This document shows, in pieces, positions 10,460 through 19,792 of a DNA stretch of 64,000 bases; within the stretch, counting starts at the first letter, position 1; each line of letters begins with the position of its first letter. A program made the position numbers and the translations under genes. The DNA comes from Candidatus Hermodarchaeota archaeon (lineage in GTDB: Archaea > Asgardarchaeota > Lokiarchaeia > Sigyniarchaeales > SOKP01): positions 29,103-93,102 of the forward strand of contig JBHLLP010000011.1 of assembly GCA_048885525.1 (NCBI GenBank), read 5' to 3'. Below the pieces are notes generated by a model that ran no database searches, had not been told where the DNA came from, and saw only the letters and a list, made by a program, of their open reading frames with translations.

Positions 10460-10597
10460 TTTTAATTGAATATTTTGTTGTCTAGGTTTTCTTATAAATA
10501 TTAAATATGATGCAAAATATTTAAATATTTCTGAACCTTATGCAATAATATTACAAAAAAAAAAAACAATTCAAAAAATTTACTGAAATTCTAATAA

Positions 10598-11110
10598 ATG
10601 TTAGAAAATTATTTTACATCATATTATTGGAGGGTTTTTAAAATGACTGACATTAAAAGGGAACTTTTATCTCCATGTGGCTTGTATTGTGGCGTATGTA
10701 GAATATATAAGGCTCATAAGGACAATGATTTAGAATTCAAAAAAGAAATCTTGCATACACATGAGGAGTTTGGTGCAAAAAATGTGGATGATATTGCTTG
10801 TACAGGGTGTTTATCTGATGGTGTTATATTTTATTTCTGTCAAACATGTCCTATTAAAGAATGTATAATGAATAAAAAAATTGAAGGATGTTATCTATGT
10901 AATGATTTTCCATGTAAAATGATTATAAATTGGCCAGATCCTTTAGATAAAAAAGTCATGCTTCGTACAGTTCCTACTTGGCGTGAATTTGGAACTGAAA
11001 AATGGATTCAAATGGAAGAGAAAAGGTATCGATGCCCAAATTGTGGGGAACTCTTGTTTCATGGGGCTAAAAAATGCAAAAAATGTAATTTTAAGGTAGA
11101 TTTAGATTGA
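10598..11110 (+). CDS. DUF3795 Cys-rich protein with C-terminal zinc ribbon (likely starts at the second Met, MTDIK)
   Basis: PCGLYCGVC, CTGC, CPIKEC, CYLCNDFPC, CPNCG. Confidence 0.85.
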   Translation: MLENYFTSYYWRVFKMTDIKRELLSPCGLYCGVCRIYKAHKDNDLEFKKEILHTHEEFGAKNVDDIACTGCLSDGVIFYFCQTCPIKECIMNKKIEGCYLCNDFPCKMIINWPDPLDKKVMLRTVPTWREFGTEKWIQMEEKRYRCPNCGELLFHGAKKCKKCNFKVDLD

Positions 11111-11122
11111 ATCTACACAATT

Positions 11123-11647
11123 CTATTTTCTTTTTAAATCATAATTGGGTTGTATTTTGTATCCCTCAGGTATTCTATCTTCTTTATATGGAATCTCTCC
11201 TAATTCAAACCTAAAGCCGACAATATCATTAGCTTCCAACATATAAACAGGGGGAATATCTGGGCGTAGATCTTCTGGATCAATAAATTGGGTCCTATCT
11301 ACACGTAATTTAAATAGCGTTTTGAGTCCTTCTTCTTTAAAGACTTTTGCCACTTCTTTTACATCTTTAACATGAAAATTAAGATTGTGAACTCCTGGAC
11401 CTTTTTCTTTCAAATGGTCTGACCATAGAGTCCCCTCCTTCAGTGGTTCAATAAACTGTAAAATAACATTTCCAAGTTGTACATGCACAACTTTCACAGC
11501 AGGACTGCGAGATAGATAATTAGCTAAATCTTCTTCGACCTTTTTTGCTCCAAATACTCTATTTAAAAATTCAAAGGCTTTTTCAGCGTCTGGAACAACA
11601 ATTTCAATATGGACTAATGGAGATACTTCTATTACCATCATAATCAC
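11123..11647 (-). CDS. VOC/glyoxalase family protein (methylmalonyl-CoA epimerase-like)
   Basis: HIEIVVPD, LQFIEP, KGPGVHNL, FEL. Confidence 0.85.
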   Translation of the reverse strand: MIMMVIEVSPLVHIEIVVPDAEKAFEFLNRVFGAKKVEEDLANYLSRSPAVKVVHVQLGNVILQFIEPLKEGTLWSDHLKEKGPGVHNLNFHVKDVKEVAKVFKEEGLKTLFKLRVDRTQFIDPEDLRPDIPPVYMLEANDIVGFRFELGEIPYKEDRIPEGYKIQPNYDLKRK

Positions 11648-11833
11648 TTAAATTTATCTTTTTGTATTATATTTAGATTGAAAAAGCATCCTTATAATAA
11701 TCTTTTCTAAATCTTTAAAATCTAATCCTGAGGTGAGAATATAATTGGACAAATATAATACCTTTAAATATTACTTCACTTTACTTTTCGTACCTTAATT
11801 CTAAAGTAATTAAAAAAAATTGAGACGAAAATT

Positions 11834-12163
11834 ATGGTTTTAATTGTTGCTAAAGTCGTGTTTCCCCATGCGAAATCAAATAAAGTGGCGAAAAAGAACA
11901 TAGAAATGATTCAAAAATATCCTGCTGATCCATCTATTGGTAAAACACTGGTGATTGGAGTTAAAGCAACGGTGGAGGCCATGGAAGTTTTAGCTGTAGG
12001 AGAGGTTAAAAAGGGTAAAGTTGAAGAGTTTATGTCGAGGCTTGCGACCCAATATCAAGAATATGCTCTACAAATTGATGGATTTAAATATCAGATGGAG
12101 ACATATTTCTCAATAGCAGAAGCATACAAAATTCTGGGAATGGAACCGCCTCCAGAAGAATAA
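11834..12163 (+). CDS. Small hypothetical protein, paralog of 19493-19792
   Basis: Shares FPxxK/RSxxVxKK and A.KI.G motifs with the 19493 ORF; T-tract follows. Confidence 0.75.
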   Translation: MVLIVAKVVFPHAKSNKVAKKNIEMIQKYPADPSIGKTLVIGVKATVEAMEVLAVGEVKKGKVEEFMSRLATQYQEYALQIDGFKYQMETYFSIAEAYKILGMEPPPEE

Positions 12164-12282
12164 ATTAAGACTTAATTCTTTTTTTTTTAATTTACAAAAT
12201 TTTTGAAATGTTTAAATCGAATCTTTTGTATATAAATATTTTTTTTGTTTTAATATATTATCGAGATTTACTTTCATTTTAT

Positions 12283-13437
12283 TTAATTTCTAGGATAAAT
12301 AGCTGAATCTGGGGAAACTTCTTTTTGAAGCATTTTGAATGCTCTTTTAGAAGATGAGAAGGTCTTAGCGTTATATTTTTTAACTAATTCAACAAGTTCT
12401 TCATCAAAAACTCGTACAAACACTCGAATGAATGGATAGCGTAAATGAATTTTTGCTGTTAGATAGAGCAATTCATCAAATTCTGAATCTTTTTTCCAAC
12501 AAATGAATATCTGAGAAACATTTTCGAGATTTACGTGAGCACGTAAATCACTTAAAAAGCGAGCGAATTCATTGATAATATGTAATCTCTCATTTACGAT
12601 AAACTCGATTCCATCATTTTCGTCATCAAAAAGAAAAACCTCACGGTCTGGTTGTGTAGAGATATGATAGGCAATTCGATGAGTTAGGCTGTCACGACCA
12701 ATCACAATCGCATTCCCGGTTTTATCTTTTGTCCATTTATGAATACCGTCCATTGTCCATTTCGATGTGGAAAATGGAAATGCATTTAATGGAGACGCTC
12801 TGAGATACTCTTGAACATGGTCTTCAAACGCACGTACATAAATAGGAACTTTTGGATTCATTTTACGTATTTTTTCAGTACAAATTAACGCAACTCTAAC
12901 GTCTCCAACATTAATAAAGACTTCTTTTGCTCGCTTTAAATTGGCATGATTGAGATTAGTTATTTCAGTAGCATCGCCAACTACTATTGGTTGCCCCGCA
13001 TTAATTAAATCTTCGACTGCTTCTTCATTATCTTCTATAAGACAGAAAGGTTTTTTATTTTCGATACATAATTCAATTATTCTTTTAGAAAGATGATGAT
13101 ATCCAATAATTACTGTGTGATTTTTCTTATGACTAGCCAAAATTCTACTTGTTATAAGGGGATTATACTTTTCCAATAATTCTCCAATTATGAAACCAAA
13201 TACTATAACTTCCAATAAAATTGGCCATAGTAATGCATATAAATTCGCAAAATCACTTGCATCAGGGGGAAATCGCACAGTTAAAGAGTATAAGAAAATA
13301 ATTCCAATATTTTGGCCGGACTCAGTAATAAGAAAGAAAAGAAAACCACCAAACCAAAATAAAAATAGAAAAATAAAAGCTATCTTGTATTGCTTTAGCT
13401 TAAGCCTGAATTCAATGAAAAAGTTTACTAATTTCAT
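12283..13437 (-). CDS. 2-TM protein with tandem TrkA-N/RCK NAD-binding domains (K+ channel-like, no canonical filter)
   Basis: HTVIIGY, VVGDAT, second NAIVIGRD domain; no GYG. Confidence 0.75.
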   Translation of the reverse strand: MKLVNFFIEFRLKLKQYKIAFIFLFLFWFGGFLFFLITESGQNIGIIFLYSLTVRFPPDASDFANLYALLWPILLEVIVFGFIIGELLEKYNPLITSRILASHKKNHTVIIGYHHLSKRIIELCIENKKPFCLIEDNEEAVEDLINAGQPIVVGDATEITNLNHANLKRAKEVFINVGDVRVALICTEKIRKMNPKVPIYVRAFEDHVQEYLRASPLNAFPFSTSKWTMDGIHKWTKDKTGNAIVIGRDSLTHRIAYHISTQPDREVFLFDDENDGIEFIVNERLHIINEFARFLSDLRAHVNLENVSQIFICWKKDSEFDELLYLTAKIHLRYPFIRVFVRVFDEELVELVKKYNAKTFSSSKRAFKMLQKEVSPDSAIYPRN

Positions 13438-13643
13438 AAATTAAGATAAAACACTCCAATATAAAAAAGATTTGATCTAATTTATGTGAGAATTCCAATT
13501 AATTTTTTGTCAAATGGGGAAGTTTATACCCGATTGCTTTTTATACAAAAAAATTATTAAAAAATGTCTCTAATCTAGTCTTTTATTCTTAAAATATTGA
13601 AATTCAACTAAATATTGGGAATTTACTATTTATTCAATTAAGT

Positions 13644-15494
13644 TTATTGAGAATATTGAGAGTTATCAGTTTCTACAGTAATTTCTCCATTAATTTCAAG
13701 TAATTTTGAACCACAATCCTCACAATAAACGGGTATCCCGCCCAATATTTTTCTAACGAGCTCTACTGGCAAGTTTTCTCGACATTCAGGACAATTTTGT
13801 GGACTAATCGAATTTTCAAATTCAGACATAATAGAAGGAGTCATATCCTCGTCCTCAGCAAATATATCCACTTTCAAAACTGAAAATTGCTCATCTTTGT
13901 TTCCATTTAGAGTTAATAGTAATCCAACAGAATGTTTGCTAAAAGTACCTTCAGCATAACCTTTGATAAATCCATGGAATTTTCCTTCTAATTCTTCTTT
14001 TTCAGAATCAATGATTGCAAAATTTTTCCTTTTTAAAAGATTAGATAATTTTTGGTACAATTGAATGGCATTATATGGAATTGTAAATTCTTGTCCAACT
14101 TTTTTGAATGTAAGAAGATCTTTAGTGAGATTTTCAAAATCTTCATTTGATACTATCTTTGGTCTTAATAGTCCACATATCATTCGGATCTCATGTGGTT
14201 CTACATTGATGGTATCGATCTGATCTTTTTCATTAATAAAATTAACTACAGCATGAACAGTTCCTTTGATACAATCTTTTTTTGGCTTAAAAACGAAAGT
14301 GGGGCTTACAAATCCTCCACCTTTTGAAATTTTGTGAAATTTTGCACTGTCTGGAGAAAATTGTGGATGTCCATCTACACGTGATAAGATTAAACTTTCC
14401 TCTGGATATGAAAGTATATTTATATTGATATTAGTAATGTTAAAGTTTCTGTTATTAATAACTTTGATCTTGAAGAGATATTCACCTCCCTCAATCTGTC
14501 CTCCCCTAAGCACTCGTATATCTGGAGATTTCACATCCGGTTCAGCTGGAATTGGGGTTGAACTAGAAACACTTTCGCCTTGGGTTGTGTTTGAAGGTTC
14601 AATAATTTGTTTAGTTTTGAGAGTTTGCGATTCTAAAGCAAATTTTTTACTTGGCATTTCGATAAGATCGCTCTTATCACCTTTAACTAATTTGAAAAGA
14701 GAAATTTTATTTTTTGAAGCTGCTACCAAAAGTACGTTTTCTTTTTGTTCTGAAGAGATTGTATAAGTATCAAGACACTGAATTTTTACCCCTAATTTAT
14801 GATTGCCAATAATCTCTTCATTTAAATTAATAGCATTTAAAAATCCGTTTTTATCACCTACAATTAAGATGGGTTGGTTATATATATTACAAAATGTTAG
14901 GCATATCGGTTGATACTGTAAGTCAAAAACCAATTCTGAATCTATATCATTAATAACATTAAGAATTTTCCCTGATTTAAGTAAAACAAAGATTTTTTTT
15001 GTGATATCATTAGATAAATTACCGATAGTGCAATCCATGACTGGTTCAGGGGCTTTAAATTCTAAAAATTTATTTCCTTTATTATCTAGTCCAAATATTC
15101 GTTGATTTTCTAAACCAACTATAATTTCATCTCTACTATCGTCTCTTAAATCGCCAGTTTCCATACAAATTACTGGGGAATTTAGATTTGTTGACCAGAT
15201 TGGATTTCCTTTTTTATCCATTACATAGATATTTCCATCCAACGCTCCTGATATTAATTCAATATTATCTTTTTTACTTACAGATGCTATTTCGAAGCAG
15301 GTTATATTCGAAGCGAATTCAGTGTTAAAAACTTCATTACCTTTTAGATCAAAAGCTTTCATTTCTGCATTGAATGAACATCCAATTATTTCAGGTTCTG
15401 AGTCCCCTAATAGATTTGCGATTATACAAGAATAGACAGATTTTTGAAATTGACGTACCCAAAGTAATTGTAGTTTAATGTATTGCAATGTCAT
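13644..15494 (-). CDS. Beta-propeller + Ig-like appendage (GAE-like) + platform-like + Zn-ribbon protein (BBS2/7/9- or coat-like architecture)
   Basis: About 40-aa repeats with FG-GAP-like motifs (DLRDDSRDEIIVG), low-complexity linker, beta-rich FKIKVINN...FVFKP region, LRPKIVSNEDFENL, CPEC..CEDC. Confidence 0.65.
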   Translation of the reverse strand: MTLQYIKLQLLWVRQFQKSVYSCIIANLLGDSEPEIIGCSFNAEMKAFDLKGNEVFNTEFASNITCFEIASVSKKDNIELISGALDGNIYVMDKKGNPIWSTNLNSPVICMETGDLRDDSRDEIIVGLENQRIFGLDNKGNKFLEFKAPEPVMDCTIGNLSNDITKKIFVLLKSGKILNVINDIDSELVFDLQYQPICLTFCNIYNQPILIVGDKNGFLNAINLNEEIIGNHKLGVKIQCLDTYTISSEQKENVLLVAASKNKISLFKLVKGDKSDLIEMPSKKFALESQTLKTKQIIEPSNTTQGESVSSSTPIPAEPDVKSPDIRVLRGGQIEGGEYLFKIKVINNRNFNITNININILSYPEESLILSRVDGHPQFSPDSAKFHKISKGGGFVSPTFVFKPKKDCIKGTVHAVVNFINEKDQIDTINVEPHEIRMICGLLRPKIVSNEDFENLTKDLLTFKKVGQEFTIPYNAIQLYQKLSNLLKRKNFAIIDSEKEELEGKFHGFIKGYAEGTFSKHSVGLLLTLNGNKDEQFSVLKVDIFAEDEDMTPSIMSEFENSISPQNCPECRENLPVELVRKILGGIPVYCEDCGSKLLEINGEITVETDNSQYSQ

Positions 15495-15650
15495 TTTAAA
15501 TCCTTATCTGAAAAATTCTATTTATGTTCAATATAATATAAATTGACTTAATCATAAAAATAAATCTAAAAGAATTATTCGATAAAAATAATATCCTATC
15601 ACAAAAAGTAATAAAAAAAAAGAACTTAGAGGAATCTCTGTATTTTCTTA

Positions 15651-16115
15651 TCATTCTGGCTTTTCTTCTACATCTTCTTTGACTTTCTTTACTAATTTTT
15701 TAAAAGCTTGTGTTAAACTACCTATTTCAGGATCTTGTTCTTCTAATTCTTTATCGAAATCTGTATCAATCTCTTGAAAAGATAGAGTTTTGAGATCGTG
15801 GGTGCATAGCTTTAAAGCAATATTTGTTAATTTATGAATTGGATTTACTATTGAATCGGAGAGTTTCAAACCAATAAAAAGACTTATTACGATAATTTGC
15901 CATAGTGATATAAAGATTATTGCTAATTCTATCTCAAGAGTTTCAGTAATTTTAGCTTGATCCTCAGGTGTAGCACCAACAATACTGTTACCAATAACCT
16001 CATTAAATATTGCGGCAATAATAGCAATACTCCCCAACGCTATTACACAAACTATAACGAAACTCAAAAGAATTTCTTGTCTAACCCCAAATTTTCTTTT
16101 TTTTTGTTGAACCAT
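15651..16115 (-). CDS. 2-TM + HAMP protein with no output domain
   Basis: Two TM helices, IVNPIHKLTNIA...EIGSLTQAFKKL. Confidence 0.8.
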   Translation of the reverse strand: MVQQKKRKFGVRQEILLSFVIVCVIALGSIAIIAAIFNEVIGNSIVGATPEDQAKITETLEIELAIIFISLWQIIVISLFIGLKLSDSIVNPIHKLTNIALKLCTHDLKTLSFQEIDTDFDKELEEQDPEIGSLTQAFKKLVKKVKEDVEEKPE

Positions 16116-16117
16116 CT

Positions 16118-17842
16118 TTATCCCTCCTCTGGTACAAAACCTTCTATTTCTGATGACACCATTATTTCCTTAACCTTTGTAAAAGCATCAGCGATTCTCT
16201 TTGAAACGTTTTTAGCAGAATAAATTGTGATATATTTACCAAGTGGAGTTGCATTAACAATTTCTGTCATTTTTCGATGAACGCGTTTTAGTTCGGGTCC
16301 AACTCCAATTAAAATAATATTGAGGGGAGGCTCAACTTTTTTTATATAATTTGCAACTTTGCGAGAATTATACTTTTTACTTTGATTATCTTCTCCATCT
16401 GTTAGAGTTACAATCCATTTCTGTCGTTCTTGAGTTTTTTGTTCTGAAATTGGTGGTGCTCCCAATAATATATCTATTGCATTAGCTATTGCATCATATA
16501 AACTAGTTTGATAAGGTAAAAAGTCCATTTTTTTAAATATATTAGTAATTTGCGATACATTACCTTTTTTCTCTGTTAATTTGAGATGGTTATGTACAAT
16601 AGAATCAAAACCAATAATTGCAACTCTATCTCCAATGTTTATTGTTTCATTGAAGACTCCCAAAGCTCCTGTTCGAGCTGCCCCCATTTTTCCCCACATG
16701 CCCATGCTCCCAGATTGATCAATTACAAAAACCACATCTTTTTTACGAACCAGTACATCATCTACTTTTGAAAGTTCAAGCTCTGCTTTATGATGAAGAG
16801 TTGTATTATCCTGACTTTCATATAATTGAACCATAACTTCAAGGACATTTTTCATTAAAGGATAATTCCCAAGATTTTCTGCTAATTTCAAAGCATTTTT
16901 AAAATGATCCTCTGCAATCCCTGGATTGTTTTTTAATATATTTAGCCTCCCTAGTTGAAATTCATCTTCTGATAATCCTACATTATTTTCCCATTTACTA
17001 TCAAGTCTAAATGCCTCATCAAGTTGTTCTTGAGCGAGATTCAATTCATTTTTTAACATGTGAAGTACTCCTATATTTCTTTTTCTTGAAGCAATTCCTA
17101 ACTTATCTCCCAACTCATTGTCAAGTTTAAGAGCTTTGTTAAAATCGTCCATTGCTTCTTGCCATCGTTCTTCTGAAAGAAAAAGAAGAGCACGATTGTT
17201 ATATCTGGCACTTAATGCTCCAATATCCTCCTGTTCTTCACCAATTTTAATCGCCTTATTATAACTTTTCCTTGCTTTATCAATATCACCCCAATTCCTG
17301 TAAATATTTCCAAGATTATTTAAACACATGCTCTCTCCATGAAGATTTTTTGTTGTTTGAAATAATTCTAAAGCAGCATTATAGTTTCTGAAAGCAAGCA
17401 TCAAATTACCTTGATAATAACTTTTATTCCCTAAACGCATTGTAACCAATAAACTCTGAAAAGATTGGGCAAGTACACCAATTTCATTTCTTCTCATTCT
17501 TCCACTCATAGGAATTTCTTGGGTTAAATCACCTTCAGATATTTGTTCTATTGAATGTGTTAGCTCTATAATTGGTTTGGTTATTCTTCTGGAGATACCA
17601 TTTACAGCAAAAAATATGATAATACCGGTTATAGCTGATCCAATAATGATGGTTATGATTAAAGGGCTTTTTAAAGCTTCAAGTGAACTGTACCCTAATC
17701 CTATAAAATAGTCAATATTTGTTAAGAGTTGATACGCTAAGAAAATTGTTAAAAGTATGAAGGGGATTGAAATACAGGTAATCATAACAATGAAGAGCCG
17801 TTGTCGTAATGTTCTTCTTTTTCTTATTTTTTTAACTTCCAT
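16118..17842 (-). CDS. 2-TM + HAMP + TPR + vWA protein
   Basis: ITKPIIELT...NEIGVLAQSF HAMP; repeated LNNLGNIY-type TPRs; vWA MIDAS DQSGS...T...LTDG. Confidence 0.88.
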   Translation of the reverse strand: MEVKKIRKRRTLRQRLFIVMITCISIPFILLTIFLAYQLLTNIDYFIGLGYSSLEALKSPLIITIIIGSAITGIIIFFAVNGISRRITKPIIELTHSIEQISEGDLTQEIPMSGRMRRNEIGVLAQSFQSLLVTMRLGNKSYYQGNLMLAFRNYNAALELFQTTKNLHGESMCLNNLGNIYRNWGDIDKARKSYNKAIKIGEEQEDIGALSARYNNRALLFLSEERWQEAMDDFNKALKLDNELGDKLGIASRKRNIGVLHMLKNELNLAQEQLDEAFRLDSKWENNVGLSEDEFQLGRLNILKNNPGIAEDHFKNALKLAENLGNYPLMKNVLEVMVQLYESQDNTTLHHKAELELSKVDDVLVRKKDVVFVIDQSGSMGMWGKMGAARTGALGVFNETINIGDRVAIIGFDSIVHNHLKLTEKKGNVSQITNIFKKMDFLPYQTSLYDAIANAIDILLGAPPISEQKTQERQKWIVTLTDGEDNQSKKYNSRKVANYIKKVEPPLNIILIGVGPELKRVHRKMTEIVNATPLGKYITIYSAKNVSKRIADAFTKVKEIMVSSEIEGFVPEEG

Positions 17843-17875
17843 TTTATTTTTTCACTCTCTTATTTCTTATAAAAA

Positions 17876-18631
17876 TTAAACTCCCTTGTCTATTCCTTCA
17901 TATATTAGAAAGATCGATGTAAAAATAGAAGCTTTAACAATAGCTAAACCAATCAATGGCATATCAGAAACACCTGCATCAATGATTCCAAAAAGAGAAA
18001 CAAACATTATACCTAATCCCATTGAATATCTCCTCCATTTAGCGGTTTTATCCTCGAGTTTTGACCCAGATTGAAGAATAGCCGGTCCTAAGATTACCAT
18101 CATAATAACCAGCACCACCCCCAATAATGCCAATGCCAAACCTTTAATCCCTGTAGATGGTAAACCTCCACCTATTTCCTCGGATGGTTTCCAGGAAGTA
18201 TATGTTGAAGGATTGGAATAAATTAAAATAGCGAAAATTATACTCACTATTCCTACTATGCCTGTAATTGGGATTTTATAACGACCTTCTTTAAACAAAT
18301 CTGAAGCTATATATGCCCAAATGGTTGCACCTAAAGCAGGACCCCAAGCATATCCAAGAACGCCGATATTTGGATCACCATCCGGATACCCTAATGGAGG
18401 AAAACCGAAAATCATTAATAAAAAACTTGCAGAGACTCCAAACCAAGCGTGAAAAACGGAGATTAAACCAATTCCACTTAATATTAATCTTTTTTTAACT
18501 TTTATATCAGTTGCTTTTCTAGCATGCTTAAAAATGAGGATAAAAGCTAATATATAACCAGCGGCAATAATTTCAAGACCTGTGAGTCCATTTATTATAT
18601 CAATATTTGGAAGAACCATATATGTTAACAC
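17876..18631 (-). CDS. 7-TM membrane protein (putative sensor; same family as the N-terminus of 48071-49120)
   Basis: About 7 hydrophobic segments, N-terminal INGL motif; likely start is the ATG at 18619 after an AAGGGGTG RBS. Confidence 0.75.
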   Translation of the reverse strand: MLTYMVLPNIDIINGLTGLEIIAAGYILAFILIFKHARKATDIKVKKRLILSGIGLISVFHAWFGVSASFLLMIFGFPPLGYPDGDPNIGVLGYAWGPALGATIWAYIASDLFKEGRYKIPITGIVGIVSIIFAILIYSNPSTYTSWKPSEEIGGGLPSTGIKGLALALLGVVLVIMMVILGPAILQSGSKLEDKTAKWRRYSMGLGIMFVSLFGIIDAGVSDMPLIGLAIVKASIFTSIFLIYEGIDKGV

Positions 18632-18686
18632 CCCTTATTTACATGAACATCCATAATTAAAATTTTTTTATTAATAATTTTTATAA

Positions 18687-18789
18687 ACTCCAACTAATAT
18701 TTTGATGGAGTAATATATAAATTTAGTATGTAGCTATTAATGGTAAATCAATATATTTTGGTGGTAAAGTTTTATAGATTACTGGTAAA
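18687..18789 (-). promoter_or_regulatory. Putative promoter of the 7TM/HAMP cluster: TATA box, inverted repeat and three phased direct repeats
   Basis: ACTCCA-N13-TGGAGT (18687-18711); TTTATATA on the minus strand (18714-18721); TGGTAAA at 18741, 18762 and 18783. Confidence 0.55.
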
Positions 18790-18954
18790 ATTATAACAAT
18801 TTTTAATAGTGAAAACTATTTTCCATAAAAACACTAATTTGTAAAAATCAGATAATTGATATTATATAAATATCGTACTTTGCCCTGTAAAAGACTTCTT
18901 AATTGACATTCAAATAAGTTAATATTGAAATTCAAATAGACAATGAGTAGTAGT

Positions 18955-19401
18955 TTAACTCTTTTTTTTTAACCATTTTGGAATTCTATAATTATCTACT
19001 GTAATACAAACCCCATGTTCCCAATCTGGAAAAGGTTTAATATCTAACACAGGTGTACCATCAAGAGCATCAAGACCCTTTACCCAAAGCACACTTTTTT
19101 CATGCTTTATTAGCTCAACTAGAGTTAAACCAAAAGGATTTGGATGAATTGGGGCCCTTGTTGCAAAAATACCTAATGGCTTCGAATCTACTGTTTTCCC
19201 TGGATGATGTAAATAGGTGGTATCCTTAACTTTATCCATCCAAAAGATAACATAAATATGAGAGAACCCTTCAATGCCATCTAAAGCCTTAGTTAAACGC
19301 TTATCAATTATTATCTTTGAAATAAGGCTCCGATCTTTATCATCCTCGTTAGATGATTGCCTTTTTACAAAACCTATTGGATTAATTTGAATTGGGGTCA
19401 T
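18955..19401 (-). CDS. tsaA: tRNA (N6-threonylcarbamoyladenosine(37)-N6)-methyltransferase TrmO/TsaA family
   Basis: PIGFV, LDGIEGFSHI, GIFATRAP..PNP, GLDALDGTPVLDIKP. Confidence 0.88.
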   Translation of the reverse strand: MTPIQINPIGFVKRQSSNEDDKDRSLISKIIIDKRLTKALDGIEGFSHIYVIFWMDKVKDTTYLHHPGKTVDSKPLGIFATRAPIHPNPFGLTLVELIKHEKSVLWVKGLDALDGTPVLDIKPFPDWEHGVCITVDNYRIPKWLKKKS

Positions 19402-19492
19402 AAGCTAAAATAAACTAGGTTAAAATAAAAATAGTCTGGTTTCATCAAGATGATAAAAAAAAAAAAGGAGTTTATATATAGGAATATTGGGT

Positions 19493-19792
19493 TTAACTTA
19501 ATCCTATAATTTTAAGGGCATCTTTTGCTTCTAACACAGGAAACAATGTATATTCATATCCTTCGATATCCATATATCCCGCAAATCTAGTAACTATTGC
19601 TTTTATTGCTTCAAAATATTTATCTTCTTCCGTGATTTCGTAAATTGTAAAGAATCTATAACCTTTATCCGCTGTATTGAAAACGTGCTCAGTTTTAATA
19701 TAATCAGGTAATTTGGGGAGTTCTAGAAACTTTTTTCCTACTTCAGAGGCTCGATGCCCTGGAAATGTACCAGTAACAACTACATATGCCAT
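19493..19792 (-). CDS. Small hypothetical protein, paralog of 11834-12163
   Basis: MAYVVVTGTFPGHRASEVGKK ... DALKIIGL; GAGG RBS. Confidence 0.75.
   Translation of the reverse strand: MAYVVVTGTFPGHRASEVGKKFLELPKLPDYIKTEHVFNTADKGYRFFTIYEITEEDKYFEAIKAIVTRFAGYMDIEGYEYTLFPVLEAKDALKIIGLS

Noticed and set aside
17876-18631. Rhodopsin or GPCR call for the 7TM protein
   Set aside because: There is a Lys in the last helix (IVKAS) but no DxxxK/SxxxK retinal motif or other rhodopsin signature; 7 TM helices alone are not evidence of GPCR homology
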